From NCBI GenBank assembly GCA_964106645.2, contig OZ067040.1: a DNA stretch of 64,000 nucleotides; one strand, 5' to 3'. Under the pieces are notes generated by a model. It saw only the letters and a program-made list of their open reading frames with translations, did no database searches and was not told the origin of the DNA. Position numbers and translations under genes: made by a program. This stretch comes from Podarcis pityusensis (taxonomy: Eukaryota). Of the stretch, positions 1 through 12,756 are shown piece by piece (positions within the stretch are counted from its first letter, which is position 1; each line of letters begins with the position of its first letter).

Positions 1-709
1 TTCTACCTCTGCTTAACAGCTGACAGGCAGAAGTTAAATCCTGCTCAGTTTCTCTCTTGGGAATAGGCACACACAGCTAAAGAAAGCAGCAGGGGAGGGA
101 AAACAGGTCTGCTTGCTTTCATAGCAAGTGCCTGTTCCCTATGAAAAGTTGTGTGCCACAAAAGCAAGACGACTTGATTTTTAAATTGCATTGCTACGTG
201 AAGTCGCACCTCCCAGGAGGAGTGGGGAAAGAACCTCTTAGGGAAGGCTCAACCTGCAAAAGGGATTTTTCCCCTCCTTTCCCTGTGAGATGTGTGCTGA
301 GGTTAAAGACTTCTCACTTTTGTCTGGCAGGCAGAGAACAGGCCTTTTAGATACATGTTTCCTTCTCTCTCCTTTCTGCTTTCTAGGCTAGCAACTCCTT
401 CTCAGCCTTCCTCAAGTATTTTCCCCACCTCTTTTTGTTTTTTCATTTTAGCCGATGGGGAGCCTATGACTTCAGAATCTGAAGTGGGGTGAGACTCAAC
501 CTCTGAGCTGAAGCACAATATCTATCTCAAGTACTGAGGTAAGACAATCCCCTATCCAAGTCCTTGAAGATGTTCCAAGCCAAATACCCCCAACCCCCTG
601 TTTATAACCCTATCTATCACTGTGCCTCTCTATTCCTTCCAGGAGGAATGTTTTCAGGAATTTGTTCAATCATGTTTCCCCTCAAAGAAAAGAGGCAAGG
701 TTTACATAC

Positions 710-827
710 CCAGTAGTGTCAATGAAGTCCTTTCCATTTGTTGGACTTGCGCCCAAGGCTTGATTACTCTCCAAGCTTTGCACATGCTGCATGTCATTCA
801 AGGTGCAAAAAGATGCAACCCTTTGAT
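710..827 (-). CDS. SIPA1L2: SIPA1L2 coding exon 19 (118 nt)
   Basis: CCCTTCCAG|AT...GG|GTATG; encodes DQRVASFCTLNDMQHVQSLESNQALGASPTNGKDFIDTT. Confidence 0.93.
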
Positions 828-1735
828 CTGGAAGGGAAATAAATAAATAAACATCTAAAATGAAATGACTGTATAAAAATACTCTCAGATTAAACAACCG
901 GTGTTCTTTTATCCAATTCAGCTACAGCCAAGAAACAAGTATATATATTACAGGGAATTCCCGCCCCCATACCCCCCGAATTTCCAACATAAAGCATCTG
1001 ATAGCAAGACCACTATAGCCTCAGCTTTGCATATATCAACAAAACAAGACAGATTTGTTTTCACTAAGTTATTTCGACAGAAATGTACAGAAAATCTGAG
1101 ACCAAGACCAATTTCAAGCAAACTACTGTAAGAGCAAATGCAGGCACTTAATGGGACAGAGGAAGATACATAATTCCATAAAAAGTTATGGAATGCAGTA
1201 TAGCAAGGCACAGTTATTCTACCTGAACAGAATAATATGCAAATGCTACCATTATGACTATTGCCATACATTTACCAATCTTCCACATATATTGTCAGCT
1301 GCTTCCTTTTAGGATTCTGGAATAAAATCTTTACCCTAGGGCTTGCAGAATACATGCTTGCCTTGTTTGGGAACAGAGTTTCTTTACTGAAGGACATGCA
1401 GTATGGCATACAAAAATATACCCAGTTCTAAAAGAAAATGAGTATGCCACACACAAACTGGTATAGAACGTGAGTAAATCACGCTTTGAGGTTTTCCCCC
1501 CATGCAAACGGTTTATGCTGCAACAACAGAGATCATTCATTTATATATAGACTATATTCAGATTTCTCTGGTCCACAGACTTCTGCTGGCCCTGACCATA
1601 ACATGCCTTCCCTTCCCCTCACATCTCACAAAGGCCCAATGCTTGCATATAATCATGCAACCGTGCAAACATATAAAAGCATAAAGATAGTTTTTTTTTT
1701 TATATAAGATTCAGCAGCCAACCCCAGACCATCAC

Positions 1736-1789
1736 CTAGAAACGGAGTGTGATGACAGACTGGCCCAAGTTCTTCGTCAGAGTCAAAAT
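1736..1789 (-). CDS. SIPA1L2: SIPA1L2 coding exon 18 (54 nt; symmetric phase 1, probable cassette exon)
   Basis: TTTCAG|AT...G|GTGAT; encodes DFDSDEELGPVCHHTPFL, similar to the recalled human LDSDEELGLLCHH. Confidence 0.88.
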   Translation of the reverse strand: MLTLTKNLGQSVITLRF

Positions 1790-3642
1790 CTGAAATAAGA
1801 TTTAGAATGCTCCTATGAACAACAAAGTCCACCGAGCTAACTTTGGAATAATATAGTTGCAATCCTTATGAGACACAACAGTTATGGAATATTACTTAAC
1901 ATCAACTCTTTCTGTGGGACCTTTGCTGATTTTCTCAAAACAGTAGTTTTCCTCATCAACTCACCCCACTGCTACATGTGCTTAGTAAAAAAAAATGATT
2001 TTACTTTTCAGTAATAATGGCAGCATAATAGCTTTCAGGATTTCCTCTTTCCAAAAGACAAACTATCCATTTTCGTTATTATGCCCTGTAAGAATTATGG
2101 GACTAAAATAAAATTGCAGCTTGAGGCCTAGTTATCACTTTCCCTTTTCATGTCAATCTTTTAATTATGAAATAAAAGTAAATATTTGAATCTTTTCCTA
2201 AAAATGTTCCCTAGCAGATGATGGGAAATGATAGAGGAGACACAGGAGTTCATAAACATATGTAAAATTTGAATGCTAGACAGTCTTTTTCTTTCGCTTT
2301 CTTGGCAAGATCGCATGATGCATGGCAACCTTCAGATATGCTTGACTGTAAATGTAATTTTACCAGGCTGCATGTAAAATACTGTATATTCCTAGTATAT
2401 GCTTTCTTTTTCCTCTAGAGACTTTTGAATAGTAGATATCCAGTGTCAAGGACTGTTGAAAGTCCTAGCAGCCAACCTTTAACACTTTTGTTTGATCTAC
2501 AAAAGGGAAAAGTATAAAAATACAAACAGATGATACATCTGCAGACTATCACTGGCACAACCAGAAGTAGCAAAAGTAAATACTAGAGAAGAAATGAGCA
2601 AAGGGTGATATTAAATTCTGGAGATATTAAATTTTGGAAAGATTGATTAAAAAATGTTAGACAGGGCAGTCAACGGGGCTCTTCTTATGTTCTTAATATG
2701 GCCAAAATACAAACATCTTTCTCAGAGTGTCTCAAGGCCTAAAAATGTCAGACACAGAGAAGAACAAGGAACATAATAATTTTTGACTTGCAATCCTGCA
2801 AATTTCCTCTGAAGAACTGAATACTGGCTGCTGTTGAAGACAGAATACAATTACTGATGCTATGGCTTTTTAAATGTAATAGCTTATCCAAGAAGAAAGA
2901 GCTATTGCAGATGGATTCCATCTCTGACAAAGGCAATACAGATCTAAGATGTTCATTCTGTCTCTCTCAAAGAGAATGAAATCATGGGAACGCATAACAT
3001 ATCAGGAATCTGAAATCCAGAAGTGAACTGAATGAACCGACATTAGACATGAACAATGATCCTTCTGATTAACAACATGTACACCAGGCCCTTGGATCCT
3101 GTTTGTGAGTAGAGGCCTCTATTCTGTCCTTCAGCATATAAATACAGATCTGAATTATGCCAGCCTTTTTTTTTTAAAGTATGGTATTAACAGATACCTT
3201 TGTTATACCTAGAACAGGAATACTGATTCTGCAAAGAAATATAACTGCTGAACAGTAGTCAGCTATGCAAGCAGAAGTGTGCTGATCACTGTTACAAACT
3301 GGAAGAAGCAAAGAATGAAAATTTATGCGAAGACATTTGAAGGTCTACAAAATAAAAGTTCAGAAACCAGCTGTTAGATCACATTTATATTAATCATTAT
3401 AACAGAAGTTAGCTTCAAGTTAATTGAAATACACCTATAGTAGATCCATTGTCTTTGTCAAACTGTTTAGGCTAACATGCTCTGTAAAGTTTAGTCCTAA
3501 CTTTGATTTTATGTTTTTATTAATGCAGTGCTCTAACAATGTAACATCCTGTTCTTAAACATGTATTCTGGCACAGTTTTAATGCTTTGCTAGGATAACA
3601 GGTCTTCTGATGTTGAGGTGGCAACCATAAACCAGAGCTATT

Positions 3643-3830
3643 GTGATGTAGTGAATAGTGTGAACCTTTGAAAATATGGGTTCCAATCCCTGATCAGTCA
3701 CAACACTTATTGGGGAACGTTGGGCTAGCCACAGTCTCTGACAGCCTAACTCCCCCCCCCCCCCCGGTTCCTTGTAGAGAGAAAATTGGGAGAAAACCTT
3801 TGTATACTGCCCTGAGGTCCTTTGAAGATG
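3643..3830 (+). mobile_element. Degenerate tRNA-derived SINE (boundaries approximate)
   Basis: A-box-like GTGATGTAGTGAATAG and B-box-like GGTTCCAATCCC, followed by a body similar to the copy near 4325-4460. Confidence 0.45.
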
Positions 3831-4324
3831 GAAGTGTTAAAAAGTTCAAACAAAGAAAAAGCATGTGTTCCATATGCATGATGACTTAGAAGCTGGCTTT
3901 CAATAGTATACATCCTTTAACAATCAACCTTATTATTCTTATTCTTTAAAAAAGATACATCTATTTTCTCTCCTCAGGTTCTTTTTACTAAAGCTATTCA
4001 TTCATAATTGTTTCCAATGTTTACACTACAATTCTAAACATACTATCAGAGCAATCCTTTGCATGTTTACTGACTGTTCAGTGGTATTTACTCACTTGTA
4101 ACTATGCATAAGATTGCAGTCTTAGCTACTTAGCTCAAGCAGATTTCCAAACACACACTATGAAACACAGTAGAGTTTTTAAAATTTCCATTATGTGCTA
4201 AACCGCACAAGTTTATTTATTGTATTGCATCCATGAAAAACAGCAGCGGCAATAACTGCTACAGTTGTCTGAAGGAATCGGAAAAGCCTTTTATATCCAA
4301 CATTTTGAATATGAATAAAATCAG

Positions 4325-4460
4325 GGCTGGAGAAATCCAGATTCAAATCTCTACTCAGCTTTGAACCTCACTCAGGGTGGGGGAGTACCTTTGGGCCAAT
4401 CACTGTCTTTCATTCTAATCTATTTCGCATAGTTGTTATGAGGATAAAATGGAGGATTGG
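4325..4460 (+). mobile_element. Degenerate SINE fragment (boundaries approximate)
   Basis: B-box-like AGATTCAAATCTC, then CCTTTGGGCCAATCACTG and GTTGTTATGAGGATAAAATGG, a MIR-like 3' part. Confidence 0.45.
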
Positions 4461-4679
4461 GGGGGGGGTAGAAAAGGAAGTCCTCTTGCATGAGCTCAGC
4501 TCCACTTGTTCAAATAACCTCCACCAAGTCTGGCAATTCCCCAACACTCAATTACAGTTTCCCATGCTACAGTCTACAACATTTGGGAGAGTCTACCAAA
4601 CTTCTGAAAATATTCTGGAGACGGTAGGGGTTGAAGGAAGCAACACTGGGGCAGAAAAGTCTTTGTGTAAATAACTTTG

Positions 4680-5450
4680 ATGGGGCTACACTCTGATTGA
4701 GCGAATACATAGCTTGGGGGTACTCCTGGATCCTTTGCTGTTACTTCAAGCTCAGGTGGCCTCAGTGGCACACCACTTCCATCACTTTTGGGTGGTGGCC
4801 CAGCTGCACCCTGATTTGGACAGGGACCAGTGCTTTTTTCAGGGGTACTCAAGGGTATGCAGCATCAGCACCTCTTTTGTTGTCGTTATAAAGTGTGGCA
4901 CTTACTGTAACAACTTCATGTTGAGTACCAGCACCTATTTTACTAGGAAAAAAGCACTGATAGGGACAGCCTAACTTATGTCATATATGCTTTGGTAACC
5001 TCTAGGTTAGATTATTGCATTATGTAGGCCTGCCTCTGTAGGCAGTTTGATAAATTCAGCTAGTGCAGAATTCAGGGGCCAGGTTGCTCACTGGGGCAAG
5101 ACTGTTTGATTATATTACACCAATCCTGCTCTGACTGCACTTGATACTAATTAGTTGCTGGGCCCAATTCAAAGTGCTGGTTTTGACTTATAAAGTCTTA
5201 AATGGCTCAAGGATACCTCAAGGCCCACCTCTCTCCATATGAACCTACTCACACCCTGAAATCATCCTCTGAGGCCCTTCTTGTGTGCTTCCTCCACAAG
5301 AGGTTTGGAGGGTAGCAACATGAGATGAGCCTTTTTTGCAGTGGCTCCCTGCTTGTGGAATGCTCTCCCCAGGGAGGTTTGGCCGGCGCCTTCATTTTAC
5401 ACATTTAGGAGCCAGGCGAAAGTGTTCCTCTTTAGCCAGGACTTTGTCTG
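4680..5450 (+). mobile_element. L2-clade LINE 3' fragment, degenerate, interrupted by a MITE (boundaries approximate)
   Basis: TTGGTAACCTCTAGGTTAGATTATTGC encodes LVTSRLDYC, typical of the L2 post-RT region. It is followed by GTGGCTCCCTGCTTGTGGAATGCTCTCCC (VAPCLWNALP). Confidence 0.7.
4828..4959. mobile_element. hAT-type MITE, 132 bp, nested in the L2 fragment
   Basis: Perfect 13-bp TIR CAGTGCTTTTTTC; 8-bp TSD ACAGGGAC (4820-4827) / ATAGGGAC (4960-4967). Confidence 0.85.
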
Positions 5451-5792
5451 ATTCTTAAGATACTTATAATATGAACTAGTGGCTATGTGTAGAAAAAAAC
5501 TGCCCTAAGAAAACTCAGTAATGTCAGCCTATGCTGTTCTCTTTCTAGCTCTCCTTATGCCACCTTTGGTCTTAGGCTATTGTGCAAAATGACCTGATGG
5601 TCCACCAACATAGTTCTTGGGGCTCATCTATCAACTAGAAGTGACTGATCACTGAATGGCAAAAAACAGGTAAGTCAAGGGTGCATGTGCAGGACTGCCA
5701 ATAACGAGGGGTAATGAATCATGTTACAATAAGCATTGGACTTTAATTTCTACTAACTACACGTGCAGCGGTTGCAGAAATTCTTACAGTAC

Positions 5793-5924
5793 CTTCAAAT
5801 GCTTGTGCAGCATCTACAAGGTGAGACCAGTCTAATCCTGTTACTGTATCTGGAAGGGGCATCAACCCAGGATCATTGAATCTTGATTTGTCCGATAAAG
5901 ACCCGTCTGAGAACCAAAACTCAT
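5793..5924 (-). CDS. SIPA1L2: SIPA1L2 coding exon 17 (132 nt)
   Basis: TAG|AT...G|GTACT; encodes [43 protein letters not shown]. Confidence 0.94.
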
Positions 5925-5934
5925 CTAAATTAAG

Positions 5935-5956
5935 AAGCAGAAGCAGAAGCAGAAGC
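5935..5956. repeat. (AAGCAG)n short tandem repeat forming the pyrimidine tract of the exon 17 acceptor
   Basis: aagcagaagcagaagcagaagc on the plus strand. Confidence 0.85.
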
Positions 5957-6623
5957 TATCTTCAGGACAATGTTTCAACAGGTTAGAAAATGAATAATTA
6001 CAATATTAAAAATGTTTTATTTTTTATGGACTGTGTATATGCCATAGTATTTTATAGTTTTTAATTAGGTCATCATAGATGTTATGCTTTTAATACAATG
6101 TGAACTACTTTGGGAGTGTCTGACCTGAAAGGAGGGCTATGACTGGTCCAAAACCAGAAAATATGTACACACAGTATCAAGCCATCAATATGCTACAAAG
6201 TGTATTTAGCTAATGGTTACCACTCTAAAATAAATGTTTTTCATTTATGAATCACTTCTCATTGTATATTTTAAAGTGATCAATTAAAACATACAAAAAC
6301 AATTTCAAATCCAACACAGATGCCGACTGGGACAAAAATTGCCACTCTTAAGAGGCTTCTTGAAAAAGGAAGGCTTTCAATAGCCATCAAAACTACAACA
6401 GAGATGGAACTTGTTTGAGATGTAATGGGAAGGAGTTTGAACAGCTAAGTGGCAGCAGCCTGATCCTTACCTAAGACTGAACAAGCTTCCTAGTGCTCGG
6501 TTGGATATGAATGAGACAATATTTTAGTTTATGCTGATAGTTTCGAAATCTTGTTTGGAAAACCTTACTTCTAGCTTCCATCCCTCCAAATAGCAATCCC
6601 AGCTTTGATGAACCGACCCTAAC

Positions 6624-6799
6624 CATAGGAGCCAACTCCTAGGGGCTGAGGTCTCTTCAGCTCCAATAAAATATTTGAGGGGGCCAAGGGTCCCCAAAGT
6701 TGATGGGCATTGCCATTAAAACAGCATGTATGTCTTGTGATCAATTATGTGGGGCAGGGAATACTTGCTCCCCCCCCAATATTTAAGTTGGCACCTCTG
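6624..6799. mobile_element. Older hAT-type MITE, 176 bp
   Basis: TIR CATAGGAGCCAACT vs CAGAGGTGCCAACT (12/14); TSD ACCCTAAC / ACCCAAGC (6/8). Confidence 0.65.
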
Positions 6800-7764
6800 A
6801 CCCAAGCTGTATTTTTTCACAAACTCATCTGCTTACTGGTCCTGATCTCTAACAATGGTAAAAGATTGGGTGGGCATTATTTAGGTGGGCATTCCTTGCT
6901 GCTCGAGTTCCTTGGTTTTTGTGTGAGAAGCTGCACCAGTTCCAGGAGATGTGAGAGTTTGTTGCCCCACTATGGGTGCTGCAAGGTCTTCTGAATGGAA
7001 GACTTGCCCTTCTGGTGTTGGGAGATGTAGATTTTGGTTTTACTGCTGTCCTCCCTGTGGAGATAAACTTCCCTGGTGCTGATGGCAGTGATCTCAGCCT
7101 GGACCAGGTACTGTGTGTGCTCCTTCCCCTACCCTTGATTGAACTAACCACGGTTATGGGTTATGTCTGAACCAGCATAATTTATTTCTTAAGACTAATT
7201 AGCCTCTTAAACTTTGGTTGCAAACAAGATTCAAACCTGGGATTTAAATCTTGTTTATGATAGGAATCTCAGTTACTGTTAGACATGATTAAGATTCATA
7301 GTATCTTTTTCAAGCCGTATTCCACGCTCCCCTATTACATCATTTGATTAGCAAAAAGCACAATACATTGTAATTACCTCACAGATAACAGAATTAAGAA
7401 TAAAGATGACAGACTGAATAGAGGAGCAGAAAGAAGAATCCAAGCAAAAATGTGAAAACAGTCTGAGTGAAACCATCTGACCACTCTTGCCATCTTTTGT
7501 AGCTGAGGCCCCTTCCCAGAGGGATTTTGTCATCTAGCATTGGACTGGTGTTCATACACAATGCCCGAAGTTCAAGCTCTGCCATCTTCAGGTAGGGCTG
7601 GGAAAGAAACCCGGAGAGCTGATCCCAGGTGAACAACTCTGAACTGCTCCTGGTCAGTACTGAACTAGAGGAACTAATGGTTCAATTTGGTTCCTACATT
7701 CTGTTTAGAAGATCTACCTTCAATTGCACAGTATCAAATGAGACAGTGTTTAACACACACTTAC

Positions 7765-7984
7765 GTCGTAGGTGTCCAGTACCAGTGGTTAAGCTTGTTC
7801 TAGGAGGTAAGGTGCTGTGATATGGTGGTGTAGTACTGAACAAAATATCATTTGGCAAAGCTTGGTCTAGCATTGAGCTCCGCGAGCTAGCATATGAAGA
7901 TCCTCTCCGATTGCTACATATGCTCTCATCAGAAAGAGTGCGGTACAGTGTCTTCCTTGGAGATAGGTTCCCGTAAAATGAAAA
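7765..7984 (-). CDS. SIPA1L2: SIPA1L2 coding exon 16 (220 nt; SPAR C-terminal region)
   Basis: TAG|TTT...C|GTAAGT; encodes [62 protein letters not shown]. Confidence 0.95.
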
Positions 7985-8536
7985 CTATGTTTTTTGAAAA
8001 ATATAAATTAGAAAATATTTTCCATCATCATTATCATCATCATCACTATTATTAATTTATTCATTTATATACTGTTTAATTGGTGAGGTGGCGTCTAATA
8101 ATTGCTCTAATAGTTCATTCTGTAGATAAGTCTTACCCACTATAGTACACTAACATCAATCATTTTGGGTTATCTGGCATTTTAGCAAAGTTACTGGATT
8201 ATTAGATTTTCTTCTGACATACAAGCATTCATCATAATGAATGATTACTTACTGAAATGTTGTATTAACTCCAGAGTAATAAATGAAACCTCTAGCTCTC
8301 TGAAGGTAATAGTTGCAAGAATTCTTTGAAATCCTTCTAAAACTGTTAATGTGTAGTCTTGATTTAAAGACTGTTCTAATATCTAATCCAAGTCATTAGC
8401 TATATATAGACTCCAAAATATAACTTGGATTAAACCAATTATCTTCTACTTCTCATTTGCAGAAAGTCCCTTGATCCACTCCAGGGTCCCTCTGATGGAA
8501 GGAGGTGGCAATTTTCACCGATTCCCCTTTCCTTGC

Positions 8537-8823
8537 CAGGATTGGGGAAGCTTTCTAGCCTCGAGGGCCAGATTGTTATGTTCTGTCCACCCCTTGCTGC
8601 CTTTGTTTGACAGGTGAGTGGAACCAAACACCTGAGAGCAGAATCATGGCAAGTGAAATCCCAAAGCTAGGAAATTCTGGGAATGGGAGCATACAGCCAA
8701 ACTGAGCAAGATCCAACCCCACCCTCCTGTTCAGCAGACAATGTCACGAGTGACAAAAGCTAATAGGTAGAAGGGTATGCTTTGGATAAAATGGCTTCAC
8801 AGGCTAGAGATTCCCCACCTCTG
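8537..8823. mobile_element. Degenerate hAT-like non-autonomous element
   Basis: Left end CAGGATTGGGGAAGCTTTCTAGC vs reverse complement of right end CAGAGGTGGGGAATCTCTAGC; no TSD recognisable. Confidence 0.4.
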
Positions 8824-9300
8824 CTTTAGGACATCAACCAAGTTCTCTTAAACCCATTTCAGGTATTACTTAACCAGTATGATCACTACACAATATGGAA
8901 AGTGGATTATTGGAAATGGTTCCCATGTGGTTCAGGCTGACTTCCCTCACCTTCCCCCTCAGGTTTATATACTGTCACTAAAGTTATACCTAAAAGTATT
9001 TGTTAGCTGCTTTACCTTTCCCAGGGCAACCCAAAACACCATACAACCAACCAAACAGACAGTTATTTCATGATAGCCTCTAAGCTTATTTTCTGGATAA
9101 CTCTCAAACCTCTCCAGAAATGCCAGTCCAATCCTCTATACTTAAAATACACTTCAAAGAATGTGTTAAAAATGTTGTGCAAGTTACAGCAGCCTAGCTC
9201 ATCCATCACATTTAACCATAGTCCAAATGTGCAAGTTCAACATCATTATTTTCAGAAAATTCCATCCCAAATGAGAATCTATACGTAGCAACTTAAAAAG

Positions 9301-9436
9301 CAGGGGTGGCTAACCTGTGGACCTTGAAACGTTGCTTGACTACAACTCCCATCATCCCTAACCATTGGCCATGCTGGCTGGAGCTGATGGGAGTTGGAGA
9401 CCAACAAAATTTGGAGTCTCAGGGCAGCCACCCCTG
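9301..9436. mobile_element. Foldback hAT-type MITE, 136 bp
   Basis: Perfect 11-bp TIR CAGGGGTGGCT; internal inverted repeat CAACTCCCATCA / TGATGGGAGTTG. A related copy lies at ~29010-29124. Confidence 0.75.
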
Positions 9437-9677
9437 CCTTAAAGTGAAGAGCTTTCAGGTTAAATATACCAAACCTCCTGACTATAACCATACCAGGCTT
9501 CATATTTGTGAGCATGCTTATTATTATTATTATTAGTAGTAGTAGTATTACAAGCTCTATACTCTCTCTCATTTACAGCTCTTTTTAGAACTTATCTCTA
9601 TATCAAGCAGTGCTCCCACCACCATAACTGCCTCTAACGGTTACACAGAGACAAAGCAAAAAGTAACAGCAGCTAAC

Positions 9678-9828
9678 CTTTCTTCTGCCTTCCTCCACAG
9701 AGATGTTGTCTGGCATCATCAACTTCAGAAACTCTTCTTTTGATAAGACTCGCTGACTTTCAGAAACTGTATTCCTTATAGAAGCCTGAAGCTGACTTGA
9801 TGATAGGCCCTCAACATCACTATACATT
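9678..9828 (-). CDS. SIPA1L2: SIPA1L2 coding exon 15 (151 nt)
   Basis: CAG|A...AAG|GTTAG; encodes MYSDVEGLSSSQLQASIRNTVSESQRVLSKEEFLKLMMPDNISVEEGRRK. Confidence 0.92.
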
Positions 9829-10446
9829 CTGTAGAAACAATTTGTTCTTTACAATTAGAGGGAATGCTGCAAAGTTGTTAACTCTCTAAAATGATGATCA
9901 AAACTTGACACTAAAACCACAGTATCTAGTACATCATTCATTAAAAGTTCCAAGGAAGTTTTTTTGTTTGTTGTTTAAAGCTGGGTTCCAACATGGAGGA
10001 GAAAACACACAATACAATTCCTTTTTCTTCCTGGATTATTATTAAATAAAAAATAACAAAGTACACATTCATGTTGAGCACAGATTAGGTTACTAGTAAT
10101 AAAGCATAACATTCCTTTTACATTTATGTAATTATATTATTAGAGCATGTTTTGTTATTACCAGAAATTTTGCAAAGCAGTTTTGGATAAGAAATCAACT
10201 GCACATAAAAATGTATAAAACAAACTGAAATATTCAACTATACACTTTCCTTCTACATACTGATTTAGAACTTTGATTTCATGCCAAACCGATAGAAAGC
10301 AGCTAACTTTGTCTGGCCCTTCCCTGCTTCTTCCTAGTCCTGGGATTATGCATCATCTAGCCTGCATTTCCTTTCATGATTCAGGCTTTTCTCCGCCTCC
10401 AATCCACACAAACTTTTCTTCCCCAAGAAAACAAACTATCCCTTAC

Positions 10447-10671
10447 TCTTGGCATTCCGAAGCTTCAGACTCCTCAGGTGTAGGGCTACCTTCTGACTTT
10501 TTCCAGCCAATGACATATTTGCTTATAGCTCCTTGTCGAGGGTAGCATTTTGCTATGGGGCCAGAGATCTGTTGACTACAATTTTGTGACACTATGTACA
10601 CTTTGGATGTATCTAATGATCCACTGCTTTTAGGGCCATGTGTTGAAGGACTTCCTGAATGATGTGACCCA
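10447..10671 (-). CDS. SIPA1L2: SIPA1L2 coding exon 14 (225 nt)
   Basis: TAG|T...GA|GTAAG; encodes GSHHSGSPSTHGPKSSGSLDTSKVYIVS...GAISKYVIGWKKSEGSPTPEESEASECQ. Confidence 0.94.
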
Positions 10672-12756
10672 CTAGAGGAGAGGAAAACACACAAAACAAA
10701 ATACACAGTGAACTACATGAGGATATATGTGACAGGAAAATATATCACATACATATTTTTTTAAAAAATAAAGTCTTCTCAAAAGGACAGAGGTCAGTCA
10801 TATTTAATGTTATTTGCTTTCTTTGTCCAATATCGAATAAATACTTTAAAGTCATCCTGGCTTCACTGGATGTATTTATAGAAATTCATAATTTCCCCAT
10901 TACAACTGATAGGAAATTTATTTTGAAAATGTATGCTGTACAATTCTCAAGGCAGTATCCATTAAACATAAATGAATTAGAAATATAACTTAAAACAAGA
11001 AAAATGTAGAGAAAAAACACAGCAACAATAAAATCCAGCAAAATGGATGAAGCCACTATTAAGACCAGTACATGCTGGAATACCTAGGCAAATAAAAAAT
11101 AATTCTACTACTACCAAAATGATATCAAGGATGGCACCAGATGACCTTCCCTGGGGAGGATATAACATAGGTTGCTACAACCAAAAGCCCCCGCCCCACT
11201 TCCTGGATCAGCTATATTTCTTTCAGGAGGCGGGGAATTAAGAGAATGGCCCAGATAACGACCACTGTGTTTGACAGTGTTATTCTTTGGCTAGACTGTG
11301 CCCAATCAATTTAAAAGTACATTTTGTTATAGGTTATAAAGCATTACTACATATGTCCCACCTTTCTTCAATTTAACTCAATGCTTAAAACACACCAGTA
11401 TCAGATAAACTATTCAAAAATATACCCAAACATTGCTGTAAGAGGCCTTTCAAACATCATAGTTTAAACTGACATTTCAGCAAGAAAGATGAACACACTC
11501 ATGGAATTCCTATATTTCTGTGGGTTTTATTCTATTTAGTTTTTATGTTCTTACTTCACTGCCATCTTCTACAGCTTAGTTAAGTTGAAACTGAAACTAC
11601 AGAGACCAGATGTACAAAGACATTTAGTACAGAACTTGAAGTGACAGGATTTCAAGTGCCGAGTTGATTTGTTTGCAAATGTTTTGTATTTCAGAGAAGT
11701 AAAAAATAGGAACAATTTCCACTGGTTAAGTTCTTAAACCCTTAAAAACTCTAAATGTGGAAATCCCAACACACTTTTTAGAATGTCTTGTTCTGTTCCA
11801 CTCAAAGGACATATGCTTTTACTCAGTATTGCTAGGGATTGCCCTGCAAATCACTATCATCATAAACCAGACCCACTTGTTCACAAAACAAAGGTAAAAT
11901 ATGTACACACATTTGCGTGTCACATTCTTTTCAGTGTCAACATTTTATGCAAAAGCCATGGAGCACTCCATGAACTGAAAGAGCGTGTGGTAGGGCTACA
12001 GGGCTTGGTCCAACTTACTATCACTTTCATGCAGGCTAGCCTTGTCCAACACTGTCACACTCCTCTGATGCCAGCACATTCAAATGATGTCAGAAGGTCT
12101 ACACACATACATCTGTGGTGGCAGTGGGTGGAGCTAGACCACACAGCCATGCACTCACCCAAGCTCTCTTTCAATGCATAGAGGGGTTCATGTGCATCTC
12201 TCCCCCCCCCCCCCAAGATTGCAATAGTCTATATATGCTGGGATAATCCAAAGGGTTTTGCAGATTTAAAAAGTGTAATGTAATTTACAGATTTCATAAT
12301 TGAAACATTAGAGGTAGGGGGATATCTAGTTCAATCTTCTGCCACATGGGAAGACTATCCACTCAAAAGTGTCCACATATAAAATCATGTTATCTAAATT
12401 ATGTTGTTGAACAAGCAGAGACTTGGCGTACAGCAAAGAAAACAGGTCACATGCTATTATGCAATTGCATGGAATATACAGCTCTACACAATATTGCATA
12501 TTCTTCTCCTTTTATAGTTTTACTGTCAAGCACATGAAGGCAGTTCGTAAGGAAAGTGGCATTTTAATCTTTCCTCCTCTGTTCTGAAATGTAACATTGT
12601 TGAAATGAGGTTTTATAAAAGCACTCATGTAAAATGTAATGTTAATAGCAAAAAAAAAAAGAAAAAAAAAAAAAGGTAAATCCACGCTTTACTCAGAACT
12701 ATCCATCACAGAATTGTGGAGCTGGAATCTTGGGGGGGGGGGGGGGGATTGCTTAC

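Noticed and set aside
6849-7151. 100-aa Ser/Thr/Arg-rich minus-strand ORF inside an intron
   Set aside because: It has a GTG start, no usable acceptor tract and no recognisable homology, and it begins in a decayed foldback repeat.
7394-7636. 80-aa minus-strand ORF MFTWDQLSG...
   Set aside because: It appears to be the antisense reading of a decayed tRNA-derived SINE similar to 33066-33240.
12732-12747. Long G homopolymers (also ~23385-23399, and a C run at ~3752-3765) as G-quadruplex elements
   Set aside because: Homopolymer runs are common, their lengths are error-prone in assemblies, and there is no supporting context.
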